A stretch of 64,000 bases of DNA, taken from assembly GCA_003344405.1 (NCBI GenBank), contig NOWV01000011.1, forward strand, positions 310,001-374,000, written 5' to 3'. Source of the stretch: Trichoplax sp. H2. Taxonomy: Eukaryota. The notes beneath the pieces are model-generated. The model was not told where the DNA came from, did not search any database, and saw only the letters and a program-made list of their open reading frames with translations. Numbering within the stretch: position 1 is the first letter of the stretch; every line of letters begins with the position of its first letter. Shown here in pieces: positions 49,601 to 63,875 of the stretch. The position numbers and the translations under genes are program-made.

Positions 49601-52600
49601 CATACTTTTAGCAATAGTAAACTTTTACCACTGTCATAACTGTAGTAAGGCGGTAAATACAGCAGTTACTGTAATCTTAAAGATAGTTTCCACATTATTA
49701 TGCGCCATATTAGAACCATACTTCAAATAGATTTCTTGTTGAAATTTTCCACTGCTATAGTTGTAGTAAAGCTATAAAAGGCGTTAAATGCAGCAGTTAC
49801 TATAATACTAGCTTCGATTCATACTTAATTATGTATCATACTAGAATCATTCTCTTAAAATATTTCTCACTAGCATGGTTATCTTAAGGCTATAATAGAA
49901 AACTAAGTAAATAAATGTTAATAGTAGTTATTATTTTTAATTTCTCCAACATAGAAGCCACCCTAAGATGGCCTTACAAGATCTTAGCACATCTATTCTT
50001 TTAGATGATTCCTATGATAATGTATTGGCGTATGCCCATCGGGGTATTATATACGCATCTATGAAACGGTTAGCTTTTGCATATGTTAAATTCCGCGAGC
50101 TTTGCAACCCTTTTTAGTCATGCGCATAGTTTTTATCGTATTATAGTATAATTCGTTTAATTTTTTAAATGTGTGAAAAAATCGCGGCCGTGAAGATTTC
50201 ACATTTATTTGATTTCTTGCCATAATAGTATTGCATCGTATTGCGTACCGTACTTAGCAAAATTAATGTCATTTTTAATGTAGAGTAAATTCTTCATATT
50301 GACTATAGCCCGATAAGACGGAAAAGATTTCTTATATAATGCGGAGTTAAATTTAAATTCTGTAATACAAATGCAGGAGATAAATTGAGCTGCGTTATAT
50401 CACCCTTAATTAATAGCAATTTTAATAAATATTTGTAAAAATGTTATACCATTAATCACTAATAGAGTAGTAGAAGATTATTCAGTTTTCATACAAGCAT
50501 AACTAAATTTGTAAATTAAACGTTTAAAGTGCTGCACTTTGAATACTATACGATTATAATCGAATACCCAAAGTAAGATTTCTTTTACAGTCAAAGTAAC
50601 AACATATCTTCTAATATATAGTATCTCCCATCAAAAACTTGTTTAAATTCTTATAATTAGCTTAAATTGTTTAATATTTGTATTCACTTACTGGTCAATA
50701 GATGGCCGGAAGCTGTGAGCGATTTTGAAGCCGCTGTAAAACTAGACAAAACAATCGTGCTGGCTCATGTCAATTTAGGAGTTATATACATGCGGCAAAA
50801 ACATGATTATACCAAGTAAATTTTGCTATAATTAACGAGTATCAAGATATTTTATGCCATATGGAAAGTATGGTAATTTATATCTGAAAAGTGCTGATGA
50901 ATTAATATCTTTCTTGCAGTGCAATTCGACGATTAACATCGGCGATACGTATTGATCCAACCTATGTCAGAGCTTATGTTTGCCGAGCAGAAGCTTACTG
51001 CTATGAGTCGTTGGTATGTCAAAAATGCTGTGATATATTCTCTGCAATACACAGCTAATAGTAGATGTGTCAGCACTACTAGTAAATAGACACACTTACT
51101 CATAGATATATTTTTTAACTACATTATGTAGATACAATTCGGATTAAAGGACTACACCAGAGCTATCCATCTACGACCAGATAATCCTAAGTACTACTTA
51201 TATCGAGTAAGTCCTTAATTCTATATACTGTTGTGATTATTATTTACAGTCATCTTATATTACTTTTTCGTCTAACCTTGCTAGGGTAAACTACTACTTC
51301 AGATGGGTGAGCTTGATCTCGCAGGGCAACATATAAGGTAAGAGCTATGTTCTCAAGTAAAAGTTTTAATGCCAATTTTGTAATCGTGCGGTAGAATTTA
51401 TACTATAATCATCTATCGTAGATTTGCATTCAATCTCAACCAAGGTGTTGATTTATCAATCACCCAACAAGCTGCTGTTTATTCATTCTTGGGTGAATAT
51501 ACCGAGGTAATATTTCTAATCTCGATTATCATAAATACTAACTTATTTTTAGAGTATTTTAAAGGTTTATTCGTCAATTTATGCTATGTATTTACAGTCA
51601 ATTCAAGCTTTAAATCGTGCAATTCGAGCTCAGCCTGTCGCACCATTATATTTATTACTTGGCAAAGTTAGCATGAAAGCCAAACTTTTCAACGTCGCTA
51701 TTGACCATTTCAAGGAAGCTGTCAAACTTATGGTAATGCTGATACAATCTATTGTGATTATATGTCTATTACCGTCTTTTATAATAACTTAACATTATTT
51801 AGACACCTTGGAATGTTACTAAATTGATTGACATGCCACGTGAAGCTGCTGAAGCATTCTATTTGATCGGTTTAAGTTATAATGAATTTAAAATGTATAA
51901 ACATTCGGTCGATGCTCTAACTAGCGCTATCAAAGTTGATCCTCAACATTATCAGGTGATTGCGTTTTCTTAGGCTACTTGTTTTATTAAATCATACTTT
52001 ATGTAAGACATTTTATCTTGATTTGTAGGCATACTATCATCGTGGGCTTACTAGAATCAAATTAAAACATCCTAGAGCTATACAGGATATTAACAGAGCT
52101 TTAGCTATCAAATCCAATTTTTTCCAGGTATAATCAGAAATGATTGCTATGATCTATTATAGTATTAATTTCAACATTTTTTGGGTCAGCGTTGATAAGA
52201 GAGAAAGTATAAACATAATTTATGCGGTATTTAATCTAGTGCACTTTTAAAGCACGGTTGATAATTTTATTGAAAAGAAAAGGAAATTCTATTAATTTCT
52301 AACGCTCTAATCTAGGCATATCTAAGTCGTGCAGCTTATTTTGGAATGAAAGGCCGTTATAATAAGGCTATCCTCAATTGTAATGAAGCGATAGAAGTGC
52401 AACCTAATAGCTTAAGAGCTTATTTATATCGGTAATTGAATGAATAACATTTTCTTGTTTTGTTCTCAATTAAAACTAATCTTTTGCCGTTATTATTCGT
52501 TCCTATATGTATAGTGGAGCACTTAAGTACTTGATTAAAGCCTATAACTTTGCTGCCAAAGATTTAACTAAAGCCATTGCAATAGATCATACATGCGTTT

Positions 52601-55226
52601 TAGCTTATTTTAATCGTGCACTTTGCTACCAGAAGTTAAAAGAATATCATAAAGTACGATGATGAGAAGTTGCTAATCTTATTTATTTGTTTATTTATTT
52701 AAGTAATAAATTAATAATATTGAGTACGTTAATCGCGATAATTAAATCTCTGGCGGAGGACTATAATTAAATATATAATCGTATGGTCAACATCGTTCCT
52801 ATATAGGCTTTGCAGGACTATGGAGTTGTTCAATTACTCGACAATGATGAAGATCAAAAGGTAAAGATACCAAGATACTATACTTGTGCCTGCTTACGTT
52901 GTTTACTTATTGTTAAATATTATTGATACGATTATAATTATCAACGTTATCTTTGATAGGTTTTGCAAAATCGCAGTTTACTTTATTTTGAAATTGGCGA
53001 CTACGAAAACGCCTTGTTAGATACACTATTATGCTTTAAGGTAATGAAGTAAAAGCTGAATAAGATTTGTTGTTACAGCAATCATGAAATTAACACATTT
53101 TATTACGTCTTTCAGGAAAATCCAAAAGATGTCAAAATCATCCACACCATCGGTCGTTGTTATCATCAGTGAGTAGAGATGTTATTGAGTGGAATTACTA
53201 TGCAGCTAATACTGAATAATTTAGACTTTATTTTATCAAACTGATAATGATTTTATTTAATGGATTAGCCTTCAATACTATGAAGATGCAATTTATGCAT
53301 TCAATGCCGCATTAGCTATAGATCCGTTCTTTCTCGATGCTTACCTTGGTCGAGGAAATGTAATGATGGATTATGTTACCTTGAATCACAATGCTATCAG
53401 CAGGTAATGTACTCATAGGCGTGTAATAAACTATTTACTGTATGATCATTGATGAAGGTTCTTACATCTCACAATCTATTGTTGATAACTTTTTGGAAAT
53501 TTTAAGGAGGGATTATGGGAAAGCTTTACGTTTGAGCCCTTTCTACTTACCTGCACGTCTTAACTTAGCTTATAGTTTACAGGTGATAATTAATTTCTTG
53601 ATTGTTCGGCGTTTGTCATATACTAGGTCAAGATATTACTTTGAAACTTGATTACTAACAATTATGACTACTATTTCAGGTCGATGGCCATTTCAAGCTT
53701 GCTTGGAATCAATTTACGATCGCTCTTAATATAGATAAAGGTAAGAAAAATACCTGCCTACTGATTCCAATTAGATTTATTTCGCTTTGTTGATACCGAA
53801 GGACATGGGAGGAATAATTGAATGGCTCTTATTATTAGGTCTATGATGTTATAATAGTGTTATCAACATCTTCTTTACATTTAGAGTGCATAAGTGCCCT
53901 TGAAGGAAGAGCAGTAGTTAATTTACAAATGAGCAATACATTTGCAGCCTTGACTGATATTAATCAAGCAATTAAGGTTAGGCAATAAATCTTGCACCAT
54001 TGCATTTATTTCGCTATTAATTTTTAAAAAAATCTTCGAATAAAGTAAAAAATAATGATAAATTATTTCTCCATTTTATATCGTCGGACTATGACTGCTG
54101 CTATGTTTACAGATTAAGCAGACAGCAGAACTTTATACTAACCGTGGAGTAATTCATCTAGTAAGTAGGATGATCAGTACATCTGGATTAGAAGTAAATA
54201 TTACTACAACACTATTTTCACTATATCCTTATATTTTAAGGCTCCCTTTTAACATATTTCTGGTTAATTCTTCTTTACAGTTTCGGAATGATGTTGTAAA
54301 TGCTATGAGAGATTATCAAACTGCTATAGCTTTGACTCCGACTTATAGCCTAGCCTACTTTAACGCAGCCAATTTATATTTTATTCAACGCCGATTCCAA
54401 CAAGTAAGTCTTTAAAATTACTTTATTAAAGGATTTATATTGACTGAATTAAGGTGCTTCTTATAGTCTGATGACTGCAATATTTTATTAAGTTTGGAAA
54501 TGTTAGTCATATGATAATTATACTTATTACTTATTAGGCTCTAATGTACTATGACAAAGCCTTAGAATTTGATGCAAATGATGAGTCAGCTCTTCATAAT
54601 AGAGGTGTTGCTAAGGTAAGCTAATTCCTGATTCACTTGTAATTAATGCTTTTAAAGTGATCAAGAAGGATATTTGTAAGTCAGATAAAAGTTTATTCCG
54701 ATCTTGCTTTAATTCTCAAAATTTATTTCTTTTTATCAATTCTAGATTATGATGAAAGATTACGAAGGTGCCTTGGAAGATTTTAATAAAACAAGTAGGA
54801 CATTGTTTCTTGATTATTTACAAAGTCTCATAACAATTACATTAATAAATATATTCATTCATGTATCAGTTGATATTTACCCGTATGGAGCTCATGCTTA
54901 CTTTAATCGAGGAAACTTACTTGCAATAATGGGACGATATGGGGAAGCAGAGAATGATTATGGCATTGGTAGGATATTTTATCTTGAATATATAGACGAT
55001 TTATGTAAGTATGTTTCTTACAATATTAAATCATGGTTATACATTATTATTTACAGCCTTAAAGTTAAAGCCTCAAGATGCCATAGTTCTAAAAAGACGT
55101 GCCTATGTTAAAGGCAAGCAATCGAGAAAAGAAGAAGCTCTAGAGGATTATAAGTTGGCTGTGAATATTCAAAGTGAATCTGTAATAAAAGATTTATTGA
55201 CCGAAGAATTAACTTCCTCAGCGTAG
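40619..55226 (+). CDS. TTC6: Tetratricopeptide repeat protein 6-like: long low-complexity N-terminal half and a large C-terminal TPR array, roughly 40 exons
   Basis: Inferred start MDGQNFVNSSAR|EVSSPDEIANEM (40619; 41135). The TPR half matches TTC6 signatures as I recall them: RRGALLRKIGQL..MEPQFLDAFWQRHLLYLLQ, ALDDLNFI, AAINYTQAIRLNPDDAEAYFRRAEMYE, AIHFNPDD..FYHRGCILR, ALQDLSTSILLDDSYDN, YTRAIHLRP. Stop TAG at 55224-55226. N-terminal exon structure is less certain. Confidence 0.88.
44198..44251. repeat. 54-bp near-perfect spacerless palindrome (intronic)
   Basis: TAATTTTGGATCAATGACAACCAAGGA|TCCTTGGTTATCATTGATCCAAAATTA; 26 of 27 pairs are complementary. Confidence 0.95.
49384..49930 (+). repeat. 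Diverged intronic tandem repeat, about 4 units of 125-140 bp, starting at a splice donor
   Basis: AAGGCGGTAAAT..CAGCAGTTACTGTAATC..ATACTAGAACCATA recurs at ~49384, ~49524, 49647 and ~49778. Confidence 0.8.
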
Positions 55227-57281
55227 TCTAACCAATATATAATTTTAAATTGTGTGTATATGATGTACATTAATCCTTATAGATATATGTTGATTATATA
55301 TTTATAATGTATTGATATTTTACTATGTCGAAATACGATCAAATCAATTTACTAATTAAAGTTAATTAATACTACTGAATCAATAAGTTCTCAGCAATTT
55401 GATGCATAGAACCATGTAGTCTATCATACGCTAAACAATCTTTATGAGCATATATGGCTCATTAAATACAAGTATTTAAACCACTTTTATACATGAGAAT
55501 TTAATTCTTACACATTGCAATCACAAGATTGTTGTAAAATTCTAAAATTTGTACAATTGTTTCTTGATGTTGAGGTATATAACGGCAACTAACTTTATGC
55601 CGGGCTAGAATTTATAATTATAGCAGTAGTACGGAATTTATCATATATTTCTTTTGCAATCCTTAAATTTGAAGAAAATTTTGATTTCCAAGTCATTTGA
55701 TAACATTTATATCATCGAGCATTTTACGTCTGTTTTATAATAAGAAGAATACTAACAGGCGTAAAAGAATATTTTTAATCATGTTAACTTTATATTAGAA
55801 TGAAGTTTTATTTGTACTGTTTCGAAAATTAATCATGACCTGATTCTATCGCATAAGTGGATTATGCACATAAATTTGACTTGGTTTTGTGCTAAACATT
55901 GAAAAAATTGATTGGAAAAATAAAAGTAAAACATTTGATAGAGTTTCATCAAACATAGCTATGATTTATGTCATTGATTTGATCACATGTAATCAAGATC
56001 TTCATGTTATCGAGGGTTCAGAGCCCATAACAAAGTGTGTTACTTTCGCAAGATAGTTTAAGACGATTAGTAGTACTATATCGAAGGAGTAATATTCAGG
56101 CGATAGAAGCAATAATATTGTTAAACACTTCTAAGTGATAAGAAGATATTATTAAAGAATATAGCAATGTTTCGTGGATATACAGTATATGCAAGTAATT
56201 AATGGTTGTAGTAAGAGCGGCTGTATCGTCTTTTTAGGGGTGACGACGGTCTTACAAGCCAATAGCGAAGATACTTTGTGAAATGATTCCTTGGGCTAGA
56301 TAGAAGACGATAACATTCAATTAACGGAGATATTGGCTCCATTACAATACTTGTAAGAGGTAAAAAAGATAAAGTAATAAAGGTAAAGGCGATATACAGC
56401 AGAGCTACAATTAATTAATTAATTGTAGGAGCAGTTCAGTAAAGATTTTAAAAATTGACGACGATGTTACTCCATTAAGAGGGTGTACTAGTTTACGTGT
56501 AGAAGTAATTAAAATAGTAAATGGAATAAAGTGAAAAGAGGACAGCATTCATTCAATAGTGGTGCAGTTACGTTGATATTATTAATGCTATTTTAAATGA
56601 TCCAATGAAGAAATAATTAGAGCTATACTACGGATCTACTGGCCGTAAGAATAGTATCGCAGTTTACGGCATCCATTCCTTACGAGACGGTGATGGTGAT
56701 CCTATAGCTTCAACGGAATATTAATTACTGCCCTAATTGAAATATTAATCCCGCTAAGCCTTACCCTTAGATCCTATATTTTAGGTAATATTATGAAAAT
56801 ATGTCGGATGTCTGATCTGGTGGGATCAATGATTTAGTTCATACCGGCAAGCAAGCCCTTTAATATGCAATAAACTAATAATTAATCGGACATGCACTCT
56901 AATGAAGGACATTAAAATCAGTTCCAGAACGTTATCCTTGAACTGGTAAGTTAACTTTTGAAAGAACGTGCAGATGTCAAGTTATTAGTGAAGCAAGGTA
57001 TGTTGGTACATCATGCAGTTACTATTCTTGGCTTTCAATATTTACAATGTTGATCTTCGACCGCCCGCAGAACATCGTACTGTACAATACTGACGTTGGA
57101 GGGTAGCAGATGTTAATTTACGGTTTACCAATCTAGCCCACCATCTCCGTCACATATATACTGTATATATCCGATACTAAAGGTAAAATTTCAATTTAAT
57201 TTGCTAGCAATATTGTTCGGGTAAAGTAAGGCTGAATTCTTGTTTGGGTAAGGAAGGAAGGCTAATTTCCATCATCGTATC

Positions 57282-60200
57282 ATGGACGCTTCAAGACAAT
57301 CCAGCTATAGTAATACATCCTATACTAGTGAATCAAGTAAAAATCGTTACGATCGATGGCATTGGACCGTTTTCTTACAAGCATGTCAGTATAATGAACA
57401 GGAGAAAAATCTCATAGATAAAAAATTATCAATCGTAAACGTAGAGGATGATATTTACTTAATAAACTACGATAGAGAGAATCTGCAGTAATAGAGATCT
57501 TATTTAGCCCTGATATCATTGATCGTTTGATTCTTTACTGATATGGGCAATTTTTTCATTTTAGATTTTGTCAGTATTGCGGCTATTTTGGGTATTGGTA
57601 TTCTCGGTAAGTAATTAATCACTGCGGCTAAAATAACCAGCAACCAGCAAGATATCAAATAATCAAGTATCCTTTTTACTTCATTCATTTTTGGGGGAGG
57701 GCAAAAGCTTCCATATAGCGTACCTTTCAATGTACATCATTATTGATGAATATCTCTTGATTATTAGGTCTGCCTGTAACATTGTCTCATTCTGGCATGC
57801 AACCTTTGATCTTAAATCTTATTATCAGCTTCTTTGCACAGGTATTAGTAAATGTATGCTATTACTATATCGATATTTGCTATATATCGAAATAAGAAGC
57901 GTAAATTATTTCTTCGGCAAGTTAGCATTGCTTTGATGAACTAACTGTATAGAATTATTTTCTTATCCTTTTAAAACGAATGCAAAATTTTTGTGCGGAA
58001 AGTTGGCATTAATTATAGTCTTTAATTTTAGTCAATTTTGGTTTTATGCTTTACTACACTTTTACAACAAGCATCAGCGATTAAAATCCACGAAGCCAAT
58101 CAATTTGAGGATGTAGGTTTATACTTTTAGATATCCTAAATTTACGGTTTAGTGGAATAAATTAATCATCTATTATAGCAGATATCTGCCTACTGAACCA
58201 GGCTAGTAATGAAATTAGAATATTACCATTGGATAACAAGATATTTCTACTTGTCTCAGTTTGTTTGTATTGAAGATGATTCAACGCCTTTAACCTCGGA
58301 AACGAATAATACTGAAGCTTTAGCTATCATCGAGCATAAGCTTGCAGAATTAAAGGATTTAATGGTGCAAGATAAAGATCAAGACGAAACACAAGATGAT
58401 GAAATTAGCCTACATACCATTTCCAAACTTTTTCTACCCTTTGGAGCTTATCAACTGTTTGATATTCTAGTCATTGCAACATTGTACGTTAGAGTTATTT
58501 ATAGTCTTCGCCGTACTTATTAAATCAGCAGTTATCATTTCTATCTATAATTAATCTAAATTTAGTAGTATAGTAATAGAATGATAGATAGTACTACTCC
58601 TAAATCGGAAAGAATAAAACTATAATAGGAAACTCAGCACAGATATACAAACGAGCAACCTTCATTTAGTAATCCCTATCTCATTTTTCTTGTTACGATA
58701 TTTCAGTTTATCTATCTTGATCAGCTTTGCATTAGCCGGTGGTCAGGCCTATTCAGAGATAACTGAACTACCGTAAGATTATATCATACCTACAGTTCTG
58801 ATTTGTGACTAATTTAATACTTATAGCAAGTAATCAGATATAAAATTTATTCCTATTAACGGTTACTGTTGTCATTAACTCCTCTTTTAATACTATCTTC
58901 TTACTACTTGATTAGATTACCAGTGATGATATCCATCTTTGTATGGAGTTGGGCCGCTGTTATCATTTTCCTTCGAAAAATTGTTCAGCCTTTTGTCTCT
59001 GTTTTAACAATCGTTAAATGTATTGCCTTAGTAGTTACGGTGAGATCTTCTGATACGCTTTGCATTTATTCCTAAAATTTGATTATAATATATTATGAAT
59101 GGATTAGATCAATTTACTCGAATATTGTACGATAGGTTATTTTTATAAGGCGTCAAATCACGCCAATTGTATCATCCGTCGTACTATAATTATTAAGTTA
59201 ACTTCGATTAAGATTGATCAGAAATATTAATAATTCCTAATTAGTTACTTTACTTCGATATTATAATACTTATAAACCAAATAGATACATATAAGCAAAG
59301 ATTATTAAATTGGCCATAATTTGTTAACATTTCAAACGGTATTTCTAATAGGATATTGATATTGTTGATCAACAGGTATCGGTTACTTTTTATGTTGGCT
59401 TAAAAATTGATCTCCCAATACACAACAACTGGAGCTATGTTGGCTCGTCTTTTCTAATGACAACAGTTTCCCTCGGTATAACTACTATGTCATTATTTTA
59501 GCCTAAGTTACGCTACTTTAGAGATATCATAGAATGGTCATGATTCTATTAAGCATACTTATTCAATGGATAGATCCAGTAAATGAATTTAATGGATTGC
59601 CGTAAAGTTATGATGGACATATAGTTTGCTATACAATTATTAAGCCTAAAATTCGTACCATCAACAACTGCGAACTTATTTTTAGCTTTTTCTGATATAT
59701 CGAAAATTTTCAATTTCTATTTTAAAAAGGTGGTATCATTTTGATCATGCCCATGCTTTTTGCTAGAATCCGCTTCAATACCCGAGAGGTACGTAAAATT
59801 GTGTCGCTATTTTTTTGGGCTACGGAATTGATATTCATATATCATTTTAATACGGTATGCAAGTAGGTTCGATCTTGATTACTTTAGTGTCTACTTATAA
59901 TTCATCTCAAAGCGATTATGATATTGTATAAATGGAATTATTATAAACAGCTTTTAAATTTCGCAACTATTACATTTTTTTAACAACATCTTTCCATCGA
60001 GTAATTATATTGCTATTGTATAGTTTTTTTCAAAGCTAGGCTTGATAGTTGGATACATATAAATAAGTATCAGATCTTTTCTAACATTTAAGATTTGTAT
60101 ATATTTCGCAATACAGTAATTTTGATATCATTAAACTTTTAACTCAAAATACTTTACGAGCTTTGACATTATATCTTTTTAAGAAATAGAGGAGCAAGCT

Positions 60201-62032
60201 ATATATTAACTTCTTTCTATGCAAAATATTATGATCATACTTAATATCAGTCAATCTTAAATTTGCAGGTAGTCCTATTTAATACAGCCATAATAAGTGC
60301 GTTAGGGACGGTGGTGATCTTGAATCTCCTTTGGTATGGATAATTCTATCAGAACTATTTATTTATATTGCCATAACAATACAGTATACGATATATCGTT
60401 CATGAACAGACTTGAATATCAGTAGTGAGAGCTAATGTAACTGTAATATGGCTTTATAAAATGAATAGCATTTATAGCGTAGTTGATAATGTGCATTTTA
60501 TGATGTAAATAAGCTACTTAAGCTGATTACTCTACTACAATTTTTATCTTGTCTCTTATCAGTTCCGTTGTGCTATGTCTGATCGAATAGTAAACTACCG
60601 TACTTAAATTTATTCGACTTAGCTGCTTCTCTTTCTAATACATTACAAATACCAACTAGCTATACAGCAATATAAGGATCTTGAATATCGCTTTATAGGT
60701 CGTATGCTGTGCTTGGGGTTGTTCCTCAACGATGTGTTGATATCCAGCCAACTATAATGCAACCCGATAACCAGAATACGACCTTAGCAGGACACTGCAA
60801 CATTTCCTTAGCATGGTACATAGTGGTGAAATTTTGATATCTTCCAGTAAATCATTTCGTCGCCTGCGAATAACAGTATTATTGCGTCGTAGTAGTAAGG
60901 TTAAAGTTTCGATTTTTTGCGCTATTTAGGGCAGAAAGAAACGGTAAAATATCGACTGTTCCATTAACTGAGGTAAAATTGTAATTACGAAATATTTATC
61001 TGCTGTGATCACTTTAAGAAAAAATAAAATCTACCATATATAGATTCTTCGACAGCATTATCCGAAGTACGATTGGATTGCTAGTTTGGTTGAAATCTTT
61101 ATCGTTATCAGTATCACCGTCTCATTTTTAACTTTAGGATCAGCTTTAAGGCACACATGTGAGAAATAACCTTATGCTATTAGCTACTATTTTAGATTAA
61201 AATTAATTAGGTAAAAATTGTATTAAACTTACTATCTTGCTTTGGCACTTTTTCAGTGTGTGGAACGTTAGATACAATCTGGAATTACTTTAAAGCGAGA
61301 ATGTCTGAGGAGGCAGCTGCCCAAGTAGAAGATGGGGTTCGCACTACTACGGAAAAAAATTGGCTATGGTAAAACAATTATAAGTTTATTTTACTCAGTA
61401 TCATACGCTCTTAAATTTCCAATAACCACAATTTTATCAATATCAATTAGCGATAATACTAAAACTAGTCGGCTTAAGTATACTTTATTACCCATATTAT
61501 AATTATGAAAGTCTTTTTATTTAAATCTTTCATCACCCTACTCTAGGATTACTAAAATTCTAGTCTATATCCTTACATTTGGCATCGCTTTTATAGTTGC
61601 AATGTTTAATCCAAAGGTAATATATATATCGTTTTATATTACTAGCCTGCACAAATAAATTACTTACCGTGCAACGATATACCCGTATGTATAATTACCT
61701 TTTATAATCTATCAGGCATTTATAGCAATCCTAAGTTCTGTAGGATCATTTTTTATCAATTTACAAGCTGGATTGTTCATACCTATGATGATCTACAAGG
61801 CTAGGCGGCATGCTAGCAGGTTGATTATGATTAGGATATTACAACATTTTAAAGCATTAATTTCAGATAATTAATAGGCAGATTATCTTTATTCTTCTTT
61901 AGCAATTTAAAGACGCCTTGTCCGATGGGGAAAATTCTGTATATATTACACTTTTTGATGGCCTTTTATTTCTTATTTGCAGTTGTTTATGATATTGTTA
62001 TTGTAATTATACAATCTGTTCATAAATCTTAA
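57282..62032 (+). CDS. Multi-pass amino-acid permease, APC superfamily (TyrP/Mtr-like or Aa_trans-like), about 14 exons
   Basis: Spliced N-terminus ...VFLQAYFVSIAAILGIGILGLPVTLSHSGMQPLIL (TM1 G-x-G-I-L-x-L-P motif); SLHTISKLFLPFG..FLSILISFALAGGQAYSE; VGSSFLMTTVSLG; many hydrophobic exons. Last exon ends ..FYFLFAVVYDIVIVIIQSVHKS* with TAA at 62030-62032. Confidence 0.8.
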
Positions 62033-62946
62033 GAGATGTACATATCATAATCATATCCTAAATGAATTCTAATGAAATCCAAGGTTATCGATAGTCCAAT
62101 AAATGACTGATGGAAGAAAAATTGACGTACACGATCATTTCAGCTAGCTTTAAATTAATCGGTATGTCATTTTATGATCAACAAATTGTATATTATTTGC
62201 TCGTACGACTGAATATTCAATATCCTAATTTGAAATGATGGGCATGTAATAATTTCAATGTTTATACTATTCACTTATCATCTACTCTGTATAAAACGCA
62301 GAGCATGCTAACGATAATTTACAAACGTCTTCTACTGTATACGACGAAATATCGAAGACATGTATATAATAATAGACACAGAAAAGTGATTTTATTGAAA
62401 ATTTAATGCTCATATTAATTCATAAATATTACAATAAATACAGTTCATCGTTGTTTTCAGTGACATTCTAAATTAATCTGAGTTGATATAGTATTTTTAA
62501 TTCCTATAGAAAATTTAACCCATTGCAGTGTATTAAGCACGTCATACCCTTATACCAGATGACAACATCAATCCAAAATCGAGCTTGCACCTGTTTATAA
62601 GAATACTACTAGCAGCTACAAATAAATGTTTTATGTAAATAACCTAAATGACATTGTGTTTGATTTATTTACAAATGGATATCATGATATATAGTTTCAT
62701 GTGGTGTACATGTCTTGTATCTTACTGTATTGTTGTCTCTTTAATTGGATAAAGTAATACAACAATATATCCAATAAGCGAGGTGTACAGTAATTACAGT
62801 CATCATTGCCCTTTAACTGGAGGACTACATTTGGATCCAGAATTATAAGGCTACTAATATATGAAGAAATGTAGCCATTGATAAAACCAACCATATCCAA
62901 TTAAGAATGTTGCTTTAACGGAAAAGCCATCTTTTATACATTATTT

Positions 62947-63875
62947 TTATTGAATTTTATCTTGATTTAGTCCTTTCAATTGATGAACTACTTCTTCTTT
63001 TAAACTGTTCACTTTAGCAGCATCATCTAGGGTATCACAAATAAATGACAAGGTAAATCGATTGATTTTAAAATTGTTACTGAAAACGTGCAACTTGACG
63101 TACTATCTATCTGTTTTATCAGCTCTTCCATTCTTCTTATTTCAGAGGTGATCTTTTTCACCTACAGTTTAAATCAATACAAGAACTGTTGTATTATGTT
63201 AAAAAAAAAAGGAGTATGACTTTCAATTCTATTGAGATTATTCTTCACAGTAGTAAACAGCATATTACTGATAAGCTTTATATAAAATCTGGAATCGATA
63301 TACATGGTGTTTACGATAAAGAATTTATAAACTGGTGAAAACTCTAAACGATAATAACTGCTCCATTTCAGCTTAGTTGATTGAAGTAGATAATACTAAA
63401 AGTTACCCTTGCTGTATCTAAAGATAACTACAATACTGAAGCTTATATCTAGTAATGGAATAAAACCTTTGTTTGTGTTGTTTCAGAAAGCCGTTGTGAT
63501 TCCTGGTGTGCCTTTGCTTTCATGTACTGTAACTAAATAATAAATATCACTGTGTTATGATTTCAATATCATGAGGATGTTGTATGGTTTGCAGGTTATA
63601 CAGCTGCATAAGTTTAGGGCCATTGATTAAGCAGTCTATTGAATATAAGTTACCTTTCTAATTTCTTGGCATACCAAATCGATTTCATGATCCAGTTTTT
63701 CTTCTTCTTGTTCGGTATACTGGTTAATTTGCACCTACAATGATTATTTTATTAGTCATCGCTGTCTAATTGAGTGCAATTCAATATATATCAAGTCGAT
63801 CCAGTGTACTTTAACCTCATCTTCAGGTAGTAAGATATCATCAGGAATATGGAATACATTTGCTGGTAGATATTG
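62947..63875 (-). CDS. MIS12: Kinetochore protein MIS12-like, 3' five exons; 5' part lies beyond the right edge
   Basis: Spliced peptide QYLPANVFHIPDDILLPEDE|VQINQYTEQEEEKLDHEIDLVCQEIRK|LQYMKAK..|VKKITSEIRRMEELIKQID|..QDKIQ*. The (F/L)xIPxxILLPED motif followed by a coiled coil is characteristic of animal MIS12. Confidence 0.75.

Noticed and set aside
57378-57392. GC-AG intron at the end of permease exon 1 (CAA|GCATGT)
   Set aside because: A canonical GTCAGT donor four bases later gives the correct phase (LQAY|FVSIAAILG).
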